Positions 1 through 15,000 of a stretch of DNA of 64,000 nt are shown one piece after another. Origin of the DNA: Macrostomum lignano (Eukaryota); assembly GCA_002269645.1 (NCBI GenBank), contig NIVC01003617.1, positions 1 to 64,000 of the forward strand, read 5' to 3'. The position numbers and the translations under genes were made by a program. Within the stretch, counting starts at the first letter, position 1. Each line of letters opens with the position of its first letter. The notes beneath the pieces are model-generated. The model did no database searches. It had not been told where the DNA came from and saw only the letters and a program-made list of their open reading frames with translations.

Positions 1-3000
1 ATGACGCTTCTATGATTTTTACATGACGCTTCTATGATTGTTGTACATGACGCTTCTATGATTTTTACACAATTATGAGCGCTGACGCTTTCTATGATTT
101 TTCATGACGCTTTATGATTTTTACATGACGCTTCTATGATGATTTTCATGACGCTTCTATGATTTTTTACATGACGCTTCTATGATTTTTACATGATGCT
201 TCTTGATTTCTGCATGATGCGCTTTCATATGTTTACATGACGCTTCTATGATTTTTACATGACGCTTCTATGATTGTTTACATGACGCTTCTATGATTTT
301 ACATGACGCTTCTATGATTTTTCATGACGCTTCTATGATTTTACATGACGCTTCATGATTGTTTACATGACGCTTCTATGATTTTACATGACGCTTCTAT
401 GATTTGTTTACATGACGCTTCTATGATTTTTACATGACGCTTCTATGATTGTTTACATGACGCTCTATGATTGTTTACATGACGCTTCTATGATTTTTTA
501 TGACGCTTCTATGATTTTTACATGACGCTTCTATGATTGTTTACATGACGCTTCTATGATTTTTTACATGACGCTTCTATGATTGTTTACATGACACTTC
601 TATGATTTTTACATGACGCTTCTATGATTTTTCATGACGCTTCTATGATTTTTATATGACGCTTCTATGATTTTTCATGACGCTTCTACGATTTTTACAT
701 GACGCTTCTATGATTTTTTACATGAGCTTCTATGATTTTCATGACGCTTCTATGATGTTTTACATGACGCTTCTATGATTTTACATGACGCTTCTATGAT
801 TTTTACATGATGGCTTCTATGATTTTTTACATGACGCTTCTATGATTTTACATAACTTCTACGATTTTTCTGAGGACGCTTCTATGCTTTTTAGATGACG
901 CTTCTATGATTTTTTACATGACGCTTCTATGATTTTTACATGACGCTTCTATGATTTTTTATATGACGCTTCTATGATTTTTACATGACGCTTCTATGAT
1001 TTTTCATGACGCTTCCAGATTTTTACATGACGCTTCTATGATTTTTACATGATGCTTCTACGATTTCTGCAGGACGCTTCTATGATGTTTTACATGACGC
1101 TTCTATGATTTTTTACATGACGCTTCTATGATTTGTTACATGACGCTTCTATGATTTTTACATGACGCTTCTATGATTTTTTATGACGCTTCTATGATTT
1201 TTACATGACGCTTCTATGAATTTCATGACGCTTCTAGCGATTTTTTAATGACGCTTCTATGATTTTTACATGATGCTTCTATGATTTTTGCATGACGCTT
1301 CTATGATGTTTTACATGACGCTTCTATGATTTTTTACATGACGCTTCTATGATTTTTTACATGCACGCTTCTATGATTTTTTACATGACGCTTTATGATT
1401 TTTATGACGCTTCTATGATTTTTACATGACGCTTCTATGATTTTTAATGACGCTTCTATGATTTTTACCATGACGCTTCTATGATTGTTTAATGACGCTT
1501 CTATGATTTTTTACATGACGCTTCTATGATTGTTTACATGACGCTTCTATGATTTTTTACAATGACGCTTCTATGATTTTTACATGACGCTTCTATGATT
1601 TTTACATGACGCTTCTATGATTGTTTACATGACGCTTCTTATGATTTTTTACATGACGCTTCTATGATTTTTACATGAACACTTTTATGATTTTTTACAT
1701 GACGCTTCTATGATTTTTCATGACGGCTTCTATGATTTTTTAGTATGACGTTCGATGATATTGTTCATGACGCTTCTAATTTTTTACATGACGCTTCTAT
1801 GATTTTTACATGACGCTTCTATGATTTTGCATGACGCTTCTATGATTGTTTACATGACGCTTCTATGATTTTTTACATGACGCTTCTATGATTTTTACAT
1901 GACGCTTCTATGATTTTTACATGACGCTTCTATGATTTTTACATAATGCTTCTACGATCTGCATTCTATGTTTTATAATGACGCTTCTATGATTTTTACA
2001 TGACGCTTCTATGATTTTTACATGACGCTTCTATGATTTTTACATGACGCTTCTATGATTTTTACATGACGCTTCTATGATTTTTACATGACGCTTCCAT
2101 GATTTTTTACATGACGCTTCTATGATTTTTTGCATGACGCTTCTATGATTTTTTATGACGCTTCTATGATTGTTTATATGACGCTTCTATGTTTGTTACA
2201 TGACGCTTTCTATGATTGTTTACATGACGCTTCTATGATTTTTATATGACGCTTCTATGATTTTTACATGACGCTTCTATGATTTTTACATGACGCTTCT
2301 ATGATTTTTACATGACGCCTTCTATGATTTTTCATAGACGCTTCTATGATTTTTAACATGATGCTTTAATGATTTTTTTAATGACGCTTCTATGATTTTT
2401 AGCATGACGCTTCTATGATTTTTTCATGACGCTTCTATGATTTTTACATGACGCTTCTATGATTTTTACATGACGATTCTATGATTTTTACATGACGTTC
2501 ATTATGATTTTTCATGACGCTTCTATTTTTTTTCATGACGCTTCTATGATTTTTTTCATGACGCTTCTATGATTTTTACATGACGCTTCTATGATTTTTA
2601 CATGACGCTTCTATGATTTTTCATGACGCTTCTACGATATTGCAGACGCTTCTATGATTGTTTACATGACGCTTCTATGATTTTTACATGACGCTTTTAT
2701 GATTTTTTCATGACGCTTCTATGATTTTTTTCATGACGCTTCTATGATTTACATGACGCTTCTATGATTTTTTACATGACGCTTATGATTTTTACATGAC
2801 GCTTCTATGATTTTTACATGAGCTTCTATGATTTTTTACATGACGCTTATGATTTTTTCATGACGCTTCTATGATTTTTACATGACGCTTCTATGATTTT
2901 TACATGACGCTTCTATGATTTTTACATGACGCTTTCATGATTTTTACCATGACACTTCTATGATTTTTTCATGACGCTTATATGATTTTTAATGACGCTT

Positions 3001-6000
3001 CTATGATTTTTACATGACGCTTCTATGATTTTTTACACATGACGCTTCTATGATTTTTACATGACGCTTCTATGATTTTTACATGACGCTTCTATGATTT
3101 TTAATGACGCTTCTATGATTTTTTACATGACGCTTCTATGATTGTTTACATGACGCTTCTATGATTTTTTACATGACGCTTCTATGATTGTTTTACATGA
3201 CGCTTCTATGATTTTACATGACGCTTCTTATGATTGTTTACATGACGCTTCTATGATTTTTCATGACGTTCTATGATTTTTACATGACGCTTCTATGATT
3301 TTTTAGCTACGCTTCTATGATTGTTTCATGACCCTTCTATGATTTTTTACATGACGCTTCTATGATTTTTACATGATGCTTCTATGATTTTTCAGGACGC
3401 TTCTATGATTTTTACATGACGCTTCTATGATTTTTTACATGACGCTTCTATGATTTTTACATGACGCTTCTATGATTTTTACATGACGCTTCTATGATTT
3501 TTACATGACGCTTCTATGATTTTTACATGACGCTTCTATGATTTTTTACATGACGCTTCTATGATTTTTTACATGACGCTTCTATGATTTTTACATGACG
3601 CTTCTATGATTTTTACATGACGCTTCTATGATTTTTACATGACGCTTCTATGATTTTTACATGACGCTTCTATGATTTTTACATGACGCTTCTATGATTT
3701 TTACATGACGCTTCTATGATTTTTACATGACGCTTCTATGATTTTTACATGACGCTTCTATGATTTTTACATGACGCTTCTATGATTTTTTCATGACGCT
3801 TCTATGATTTTTACATGACGCTTCTATGATTTTTTACATGACGCTTCTATGATTTTTACATGACGCTTCTATGATTTTTACATGACGCTTCTATGATTTT
3901 TTACATGACGCTTCTATGATTTTTACATGACGCTTCTATGATTTTTACATGACGCTTCTATGATTGTTTACATGACGCTTCTATGATTTTTACATGACGC
4001 TTCTATGATTGTTTACATGACGCTTCTATGATTTTTTACATGACGCTTCTATGATTGTTTACATGACGCTTCTATGATTTTTACATGACGCTTCTATGAT
4101 TTTTACATGACGCTTCTATGATTTTTACATGACGCTTCTATGATTTTTACATGACGCTTCTATGATTTTTTACATGACGCTTCTATGATTTTTACATGAC
4201 GCTTCTATGATTTTTACATGACGCTTCTATGATTTTTACATGACGCTTCTATGATTTTTACATGACGCTTCTATGATTTTTACATGACGCTTCTATGATT
4301 TTTACATGACGCTTCTATGATTTTTACATGACGCTTCTATGATTTTTACATGACGCTTCTATGATTTTTACATGACGCTTCTATGATTTTTACATGACGC
4401 TTCTATGATTTTTACATGACGCTTCTATGATTTTTACATGACGCTTCTATGATTTTTACATGACGCTTCTATGATTTTTACATGACGCTTCTATGATTTT
4501 TACATGACGCTTCTATGATTTTTACATGACGCTTCTATGATTTTTACATGACGCTTCTATGATTTTTACATGACGCTTCTATGATTTTTACATGACGCTT
4601 CTATGATTTTTACATGACGCTTCTATGATTTTTACATGACGCTTCTATGATTTTTACATGACGCTTCTATGATTTTTACATGACGCTTCTATGATTTTTA
4701 CATGACGCTTCTATGATTTTTACATGACGCTTCTATGATTTTTACATGACGCTTCTATGATTTTTACATGACGCTTCTATGATTTTTACATGACGCTTCT
4801 ATGATTTTTACATGACGCTTCTATGATTTTTACATGACGCTTCTATGATTTTTTACATGACGCTTCTATGATTTTTACATGACGCTTCTATGATTTTTAC
4901 ATGACGCTTCTATGATTTTTACATGACGCTTCTATGATTTTTACATGACGCTTCTATGATTTTTACATGACGCTTCTATGATTTTTACATGACGCTTCTA
5001 TGATTTTTACATGACGCTTCTATGATTTTTACATGACGCTTCTATGATTTTTACATGACGCTTCTATGATTTTTACATGACGCTTCTATGATTTTTACAT
5101 GACGCTTCTATGATTTTTACATGACGCTTCTATGATTTTTACATGACGCTTCTATGATTTTTACATGACGCTTCTATGATTTTTACATGACGCTTCTATG
5201 ATTTTTACATGACGCTTCTATGATTTTTACATGACGCTTCTATGATTTTTACATGACGCTTCTATGATTTTTACATGACGCTTCTATGATTTTTACATGA
5301 CGCTTCTATGATTTTTACATGACGCTTCTATGATTTTTACATGACGCTTCTATGATTTTTACATGACGCTTCTATGATTTTTACATGACGCTTCTATGAT
5401 TTTTACATGACGCTTCTATGATTTTTACATGACGCTTCTATGATTTTTACATGACGCTTCTATGATTTTTACATGACGCTTCTATGATTTTTACATGACG
5501 CTTCTATGATTTTTACATGACGCTTCTATGATTTTTACATGACGCTTCTATGATTTTTACATGACGCTTCTATGATTTTTACATGACGCTTCTATGATTT
5601 TTACATGACGCTTCTATGATTTTTACATGACGCTTCTATGATTTTTACATGACGCTTCTATGATTTTTACATGACGCTTCTATGATTTTTACATGACGCT
5701 TCTATGATTTTTACATGACGCTTCTATGATTTTTACATGACGCTTCTATGATTTTTACATGACGCTTCTATGATTTTTACATGACGCTTCTATGATTTTT
5801 ACATGACGCTTCTATGATTTTTACATGACGCTTCTATGATTTTTACATGACGCTTCTATGATTTTTACATGACGCTTCTATGATTTTTACATGACGCTTC
5901 TATGATTTTTACATGACGCTTCTATGATTTTTACATGACGCTTCTATGATTTTTACATGACGCTTCTATGATTTTTACATGACGCTTCTATGATTTTTAC

Positions 6001-9000
6001 ATGACGCTTCTATGATTTTTACATGACGCTTCTATGATTTTTACATGACGCTTCTATGATTTTTACATGACGCTTCTATGATTTTTACATGACGCTTCTA
6101 TGATTTTTACATGACGCTTCTATGATTTTTACATGACGCTTCTATGATTTTTACATGACGCTTCTATGATTTTTACATGACGCTTCTATGATTTTTACAT
6201 GACGCTTCTATGATTTTTACATGACGCTTCTATGATTTTTACATGACGCTTCTATGATTTTTACATGACGCTTCTATGATTTTTACATGACGCTTCTATG
6301 ATTTTTACATGACGCTTCTATGATTTTTACATGACGCTTCTATGATTTTTACATGACGCTTCTATGATTTTTACATGACGCTTCTATGATTTTTACATGA
6401 CGCTTCTATGATTTTTACATGACGCTTCTATGATTTTTACATGACGCTTCTATGATTTTTACATGACGCTTCTATGATTTTTACATGACGCTTCTATGAT
6501 TTTTACATGACGCTTCTATGATTTTTACATGACGCTTCTATGATTTTTACATGACGCTTCTATGATTTTTACATGACGCTTCTATGATTTTTACATGACG
6601 CTTCTATGATTTTTACATGACGCTTCTATGATTTTTACATGACGCTTCTATGATTTTTTACATGACGCTTCTATGATTTTTACATGACGCTTCTATGATT
6701 TTTACATGACGCTTCTATGATTTTTACATGACGCTTCTATGATTTTTACATGACGCTTCTATGATTTTTACATGACGCTTCTATGATTTTTACATGACGC
6801 TTCTATGATTTTTACATGACGCTTCTATGATTTTTACATGACGCTTCTATGATTTTTACATGACGCTTCTATGATTTTTACATGACGCTTCTATGATTTT
6901 TACATGACGCTTCTATGATTTTTACATGACGCTTCTATGATTTTTACATGACGCTTCTATGATTTTTACATGACGCTTCTATGATTTTTACATGACGCTT
7001 CTATGATTTTTACATGACGCTTCTATGATTTTTACATGACGCTTCTATGATTTTTACATGACGCTTCTATGATTTTTACATGACGCTTCTATGATTTTTA
7101 CATGACGCTTCTATGATTTTTACATGACGCTTCTATGATTTTTACATGACGCTTCTATGATTTTTACATGACGCTTCTATGATTTTTACATGACGCTTCT
7201 ATGATTTTTACATGACGCTTCTATGATTTTTACATGACGCTTCTATGATTTTTACATGACGCTTCTATGATTTTTACATGACGCTTCTATGATTTTTACA
7301 TGACGCTTCTATGATTTTTACATGACGCTTCTATGATTTTTACATGACGCTTCTATGATTTTTACATGACGCTTCTATGATTTTTACATGACGCTTCTAT
7401 GATTTTTACATGACGCTTCTATGATTTTTACATGACGCTTCTATGATTTTTACATGACGCTTCTATGATTTTTACATGACGCTTCTATGATTTTTACATG
7501 ACGCTTCTATGATTTTTACATGACGCTTCTATGATTTTTACATGACGCTTCTATGATTTTTACATGACGCTTCTATGATTTTTACATGACGCTTCTATGA
7601 TTTTTACATGACGCTTCTATGATTTTTACATGACGCTTCTATGATTTTTACATGACGCTTCTATGATTTTTACATGACGCTTCTATGATTTTTACATGAC
7701 GCTTCTATGATTTTTACATGACGCTTCTATGATTTTTACATGACGCTTCTATGATTTTTACATGACGCTTCTATGATTTTTACATGACGCTTCTATGATT
7801 TTTTACATGACGCTTCTATGATTTTTACATGACGCTTCTATGATTTTTACATGACGCTTCTATGATTTTTACATGACGCTTCTATGATTTTTACATGACG
7901 CTTCTATGATTTTTACATGACGCTTCTATGATTTTTACATGACGCTTCTATGATTTTTACATGACGCTTCTATGATTTTTACATGACGCTTCTATGATTT
8001 TTACATGACGCTTCTATGATTTTTACATGACGCTTCTATGATTTTTACATGACGCTTCTATGATTTTTACATGACGCTTCTATGATTTTTACATGACGCT
8101 TCTATGATTTTTACATGACGCTTCTATGATTTTTACATGACGCTTCTATGATTTTTACATGACGCTTCTATGATTTTTACATGACGCTTCTATGATTTTT
8201 ACATGACGCTTCTATGATTTTTACATGACGCTTCTATGATTTTTACATGACGCTTCTATGATTTTTACATGACGCTTCTATGATTTTTACATGACGCTTC
8301 TATGATTTTTACATGACGCTTCTATGATTTTTTACATGACGCTTCTATGATTTTTACATGACGCTTCTATGATTTTTACATGACGCTTCTATGATTTTTA
8401 CATGACGCTTCTATGATTTTTACATGACGCTTCTATGATTTTTACATGACGCTTCTATGATTTTTACATGACGCTTCTATGATTTTTACATGACGCTTCT
8501 ATGATTTTTACATGACGCTTCTATGATTTTTACATGACGCTTCTATGATTTTTACATGACGCTTCTATGATTTTTACATGACGCTTCTATGATTTTTACA
8601 TGACGCTTCTATGATTTTTACATGACGCTTCTATGATTTTTACATGACGCTTCTATGATTTTTACATGACGCTTCTATGATTTTTACATGACGCTTCTAT
8701 GATTTTTACATGACGCTTCTATGATTTTTACATGACGCTTCTATGATTTTTACATGACGCTTCTATGATTTTTACATGACGCTTCTATGATTTTTACATG
8801 ACGCTTCTATGATTTTTACATGACGCTTCTATGATTTTTACATGACGCTTCTATGATTTTTACATGACGCTTCTATGATTTTTACATGACGCTTCTATGA
8901 TTTTTACATGACGCTTCTATGATTTTTACATGACGCTTCTATGATTTTTATATGACGCTTCTATGATTTTTACATGACGCTTCTATGATTTTTACATGAC

Positions 9001-12000
9001 GCTTCTATGATTTTTACATGACGCTTCTATGATTTTTTCATGACGCTTCTATGATTTTTACATGACGCTTCTATGATTTTTACATGACGCTTCTATGATT
9101 TTTACATGACGCTTCTATGATTTTTACATGACGCTTCTATGATTTTTACATGACGCTTCTATGATTTTTACATGACGCTTCTATGATTTTTACATGACGC
9201 TTCTATGATTTTTACATGACGCTTCTATGATTTTTACATGACGCTTCTATGATTTTTACATGACGCTTCTATGATTTTTACATGACGCTTCTATGATTTT
9301 TACATGACGCTTCTATGATTTTTACATGACGCTTCTATGATTTTTACATGACGCTTCTATGATTTTTACATGACGCTTCTATGATTTTTACATGACGCTT
9401 CTATGATTTTTACATGACGCTTCTATGATTTTTACATGACGCTTCTATGATTTTTACATGACGCTTCTATGATTTTTTACATGACGCTTCTATGATTTTT
9501 ACATGACGCTTCTATGATTTTTACATGACGCTTCTATGATTTTTACATGACGCTTCTATGATTTTTACATGACGCTTCTATGATTTTTACATGACGCTTC
9601 TATGATTTTTACATGACGCTTCTATGATTTTTACATGACGCTTCTATGATTTTTACATGACGCTTCTATGATTTTTACATGACGCTTCTATGATTTTTAC
9701 ATGACGCTTCTATGATTTTTACATGACGCTTCTATGATTTTTACATGACGCTTCTATGATTTTTACATGACGCTTCTATGATTTTTACATGACGCTTCTA
9801 TGATTTTTACATGACGCTTCTATGATTTTTACATGACGCTTCTATGATTTTTACATGACGCTTCTATGATTTTTACATGACGCTTCTATGATTTTTACAT
9901 GACGCTTCTATGATTTTTACATGACGCTTCTATGATTTTTACATGACGCTTCTATGATTTTTACATGACGCTTCTATGATTTTTACATGACGCTTCTATG
10001 ATTTTTACATGACGCTTCTATGATTTTTACATGACGCTTCTATGATTTTTACATGACGCTTCTATGATTTTTTCATGACGCTTCTATGATTTTTACATGA
10101 CGCTTCTATGATTTTTACATGACGCTTCTATGATTTTTACATGACGCTTCTATGATTTTTACATGACGCTTCTATGATTTTTACATGACGCTTCTATGAT
10201 TTTTACATGACGCTTCTATGATTTTTACATGACGCTTCTATGATTTTTATATGACGCTTCTATGATTTTTACATGACGCTTCTATGATTTTTACATGACG
10301 CTTCTATGATTTTTACATGACGCTTCTATGATTTTTTACATGACGCTTCTATGATTTTTACATGACGCTTCTATGATTTTTACATGACGCTTCTATGATT
10401 TTTACATGACGCTTCTATGATTTTTACATGACGCTTCTATGATTTTTACATGACGCTTCTATGATTTTTATGACGCTTCTATGATTTTTACATGACGCTT
10501 CTATGATTTTTCATGACGCTTCTATGATTTTTTCATGACGCTTCTATGATTTTTACATGACGCTTCTATGATTTTTTACATGACGCTTCTATGATTTTTA
10601 CATGACGCTTCTATGATTTTTACATGACGCTTCTATGATTTTTACATGACGCTTCTATGATTGTTTACATGACGCTTCTATGATTTTTACATGACGCTTC
10701 TATGATTTTTACATGACGCTTCTATGATTTTTACATGACGCTTCTATGATTTTTACATGACGCTTCTATGATTTTTACATGACGCTTCTATGATTTTTAC
10801 ATGACGCTTCTATGATTTTTACATGACGCTTCTATGATTTTTACATGACGCTTCTATGATTTTTACATGACGCTTCTATGATTTTTACATGACGCTTCTA
10901 TGATTTTTACATGACGCTTCTATGATTTTTACATGACGCTTCTATGATTTTTACATGACGCTTCTATGATTTTTACATGACGCTTCTATGATTTTTACAT
11001 GACGCTTCTATGATTTTTACATGACGCTTCTATGATTTTTACATGACGCTTCTATGATTTTTACATGACGCTTCTATGATTTTTACATGACGCTTCTATG
11101 ATTTTTACATGACGCTTCTATGATTTTTCATGACGCTTCTATGATTTTTACATGACGCTTCTATGATTTTTACATGACGCTTCTATGATTTTTACATGAC
11201 GCTTCTATGATTTTTACATGACGCTTCTATGATTTTTACATGACGCTTCTATGATTTTTACATGACGCTTCTATGATTTTTTACATGACGCTTCTATGAT
11301 TTTTACATGACGCTTCTATGATTTTTACATGACGCTTCTATGATTTTTTCATGACGCTTCTATGATTTTTACATGACGCTTCTATGATTTTTTACATGAC
11401 GCTTCTATGATTTTTACATGACGCTTCTATGATTTTTTACATGACGCTTCTATGATTTTTACATGACGCTTCTATGATTTTTACATGACGCTTCTATGAT
11501 TTTTACATGACGCTTCTATGATTTTTACATGACGCTTCTATGATTTTTACATGACGCTTCTATGATTTTTACATGACGCTTCTATGATTTTTACATGACG
11601 CTTCTATGATTTTTACATGACGCTTCTATGATTTTTACATGACGCTTCTATGATTTTTACATGACGCTTCTATGATTTTTACATGACGCTTCTATGATTT
11701 TTACATGACGCTTCTATGATTTTTTACATGACGCTTCTATGATTTTTACATGACGCTTCTATGATTTTTACATGACGCTTCTATGATTTTTACATGACGC
11801 TTCTATGATTTTTACATGACGCTTCTATGATTTTTACATGACGCTTCTATGATTTTGCATGACGCTTCTATGATTTTTACATGACGCTTCTATGATTTTT
11901 ACATGACGCTTCTATGATTTTTTACATGACGCTTCTATGATTTTTACATGACGCTTCTATGATTGTTTACATGACGCTTCTATGATTTTTACATGACGCT

Positions 12001-15000
12001 TCTATGATTTTTTACATGACGCTTCTATGATTTTTACATGACGCTTCTATGATTTTTACATGACGCTTCTATGATTTTTACATGACGCTTCTATGATTTT
12101 TACATGACGCTTCTATGATTTTTACATGACGCTTCTATGATTTTTTACATGACGCTTCTATGATTTTTACATGACGCTTCTATGATTTTGCATGACGCTT
12201 CTATGATTTTTACATGACGCTTCTATGATTTTTTACATGACGCTTCTATGATTTTTACATGACGCTTCTATGATTTTTCATGACGCTTCTATGATTTTTA
12301 CATGACGCTTCTATGATTTTTACATGACGCTTCTATGATTTTTATGACGCTTCTATGATTTTTACATGACGCTTCTATGATTTTTTACATGACGCTTCTA
12401 TGATTTTTTACATGACGCTTCTATGATTTTTACATGACGCTTCTATGATTTTTACATGACGCTTCTATGATTTTTTACATGACGCTTCTATGATTTTTAC
12501 ATGACGCTTCTATGATTTTTACATGACGCTTCTATGATTTTTACATGACGCTTCTATGATTTTTACATGACGCTTCTATGATTTTTACATGACGCTTCTA
12601 TGATTTTTACATGACGCTTCTATGATTTTTACATGACGCTTCTATGATTTTACATGACGCTTCTATGATTTTTACATGACGCTTCTATGATTTTTACATG
12701 ACGCTTCTATGATTTTTACATGACGCTTCTATGATTTTTCATGACGCTTCTATGATTTTTTACATGACGCTTCTATGATTTTTCATGACGCTTCTATGAT
12801 TTTTACATGACGCTTCTATGATTTTTACATGATGCTTCTATGATTTTGCAGACGCTTCTATGATTTTTTACATGACGCTTCTATGATTTTTACATGACGC
12901 TTCTATGATTTTTACATGACGCTTCTATGATTTTTACATGACGCTTCTATGATTTTTACATGCTTCTATATTTTGCATGACGCTTCTATGATTTTTTCAT
13001 GACGCTTCTATGATTTTTTCATGACGCTTCTGATTTTTTACATGACGCTTCTATGATTTTTTACATGACGCTTCTATGATTTTTTACATGACGCTTCTAT
13101 GATTTTTCATGACGCTTCTATGATTTTTACATGACGCTTCTATGATTTTTTACATGACGCTTCTATGATTTTTTGCATGACGCTTCTATGATTTTTACAT
13201 GACGCTTCTATGATTTTTTACATGACGCTTCTATGATTGTTTACATGACGCTTCTATGATTTTTACATGACGCTTCTATGATTTTTTACATGACGCTTCT
13301 ATGATTTTTACATGACGCTTCTATGATTTTTTCATGACGCTTCTATGATTTTTACATGACGCTTCTATGATTTTTCATGACGCTTCCACGATTTTTTACA
13401 TGACGCTTCTATGATTTTTACATGATGCTTCTACGATTTCTGCAGACGCTTCTATGATTTTTACATGACGCTTCTATGATTTTTTACATGACGCTTCTAT
13501 GATTTTTTACATGACGCTTCTATGATTTTTTACATGACACTTCTATGATTTTTTCATGACGCTTCTATGATTTTTACATGACGCTTCCATGATTTTTTAC
13601 ATGACACTTCTATGATTTTTGCATGACGCTTCTATGATTGTTTACATGACGCTTCTATGATTTTTTACATGACGCTTCTATGATTGTTTACATGACGCTT
13701 CTATGATTTTTTACATGACGCTTCTATGATTGTTTACATGACGCTTCTATGATTTTTTACATGACGCTTCTATGATTGTTTACATGACGCTTCTATGATT
13801 TTTTACATGACGCTTCTATGATTGTTTACATGACGCTTCTATGATTTTTTACATGACGCTTCTATGATTTTTCATGACGCTTCTATGATTTTTTACATGA
13901 CGCTTCTATGATTTTTCATGACGCTTCCACGATTTTTTACATGACGCTTCTATGATTTTTACATGATGCTTCTACATTTCTGCAGGACGCTTCTATGATT
14001 TTTACATGACGCTTCTATGATTTTTTACATGACGCTTCTATGATTTTTACATGATGCTTCTATGACTTTTTACATGACGCTTCTATGATTTTTACATAAT
14101 GCTTCTACGATTTCTGCAGGACGCTTCTATGCTTTTTATATGACGATTCTATGATTTTTACATGACACTTCTATGATTTTTACATGACGTTTCTATGATT
14201 TTTACATGACGCTTCTATGATTTTTTTATGACGCTTCTATGATTTTTACATGACGCTTCCATGATTTTTTACATGACATTTCTATGATTTTTTGCATGAC
14301 GCTTCCATGATTTTTTTATGACGCTTCTGTGATTGTTTATATGACGCTTCTATGCTTTTTATATGACGCTTCTATGATTGTTTACATGACGCTTCTATGC
14401 TTTTTATATGACGATTCTATGATTTTTACATGACGCTTCTATGATTTTTTACATGACGCTTCCATGATTTTTTACATGACACTTCTATGATTTTTTCATG
14501 ACGCTTCTATGATTTTTACATGACGCTTCCATGATTTTTTACATGACACTTATATGATTTTTTGCATGACGCTTCCATGATTTTTTCATGACGCTTCTAT
14601 GATTGTTTACATGACGCTTCTATGCTTTTTATATGACGATTCTATGATTTTTACATGACGTTTCTATGATTTTTCCATGACGCTCCTATGTTTTTTTCAT
14701 GACGCTTCTATGATTTTTTCATGACGCTTCTATGATTTTTTACATGACGCTTCTATGCTTTTTACATGACGCTTCTATGATTATTTCATGACGCTTCTAC
14801 GATATCTGCAGGACGCTTCTATGATTGTTTACATGACGCTTCTATGATTTTTACATGACGCTTCTATGATTTTTTCATGACGCTCCTATGTTTTTTTCAT
14901 GACGCTTCTATGATTTTTTCATGACGCTTCTATGATTTTTTACATGACGCTTCCATGATTTTTTACATGACACTTTTATCATTTTTTCATGACGCTTCTA

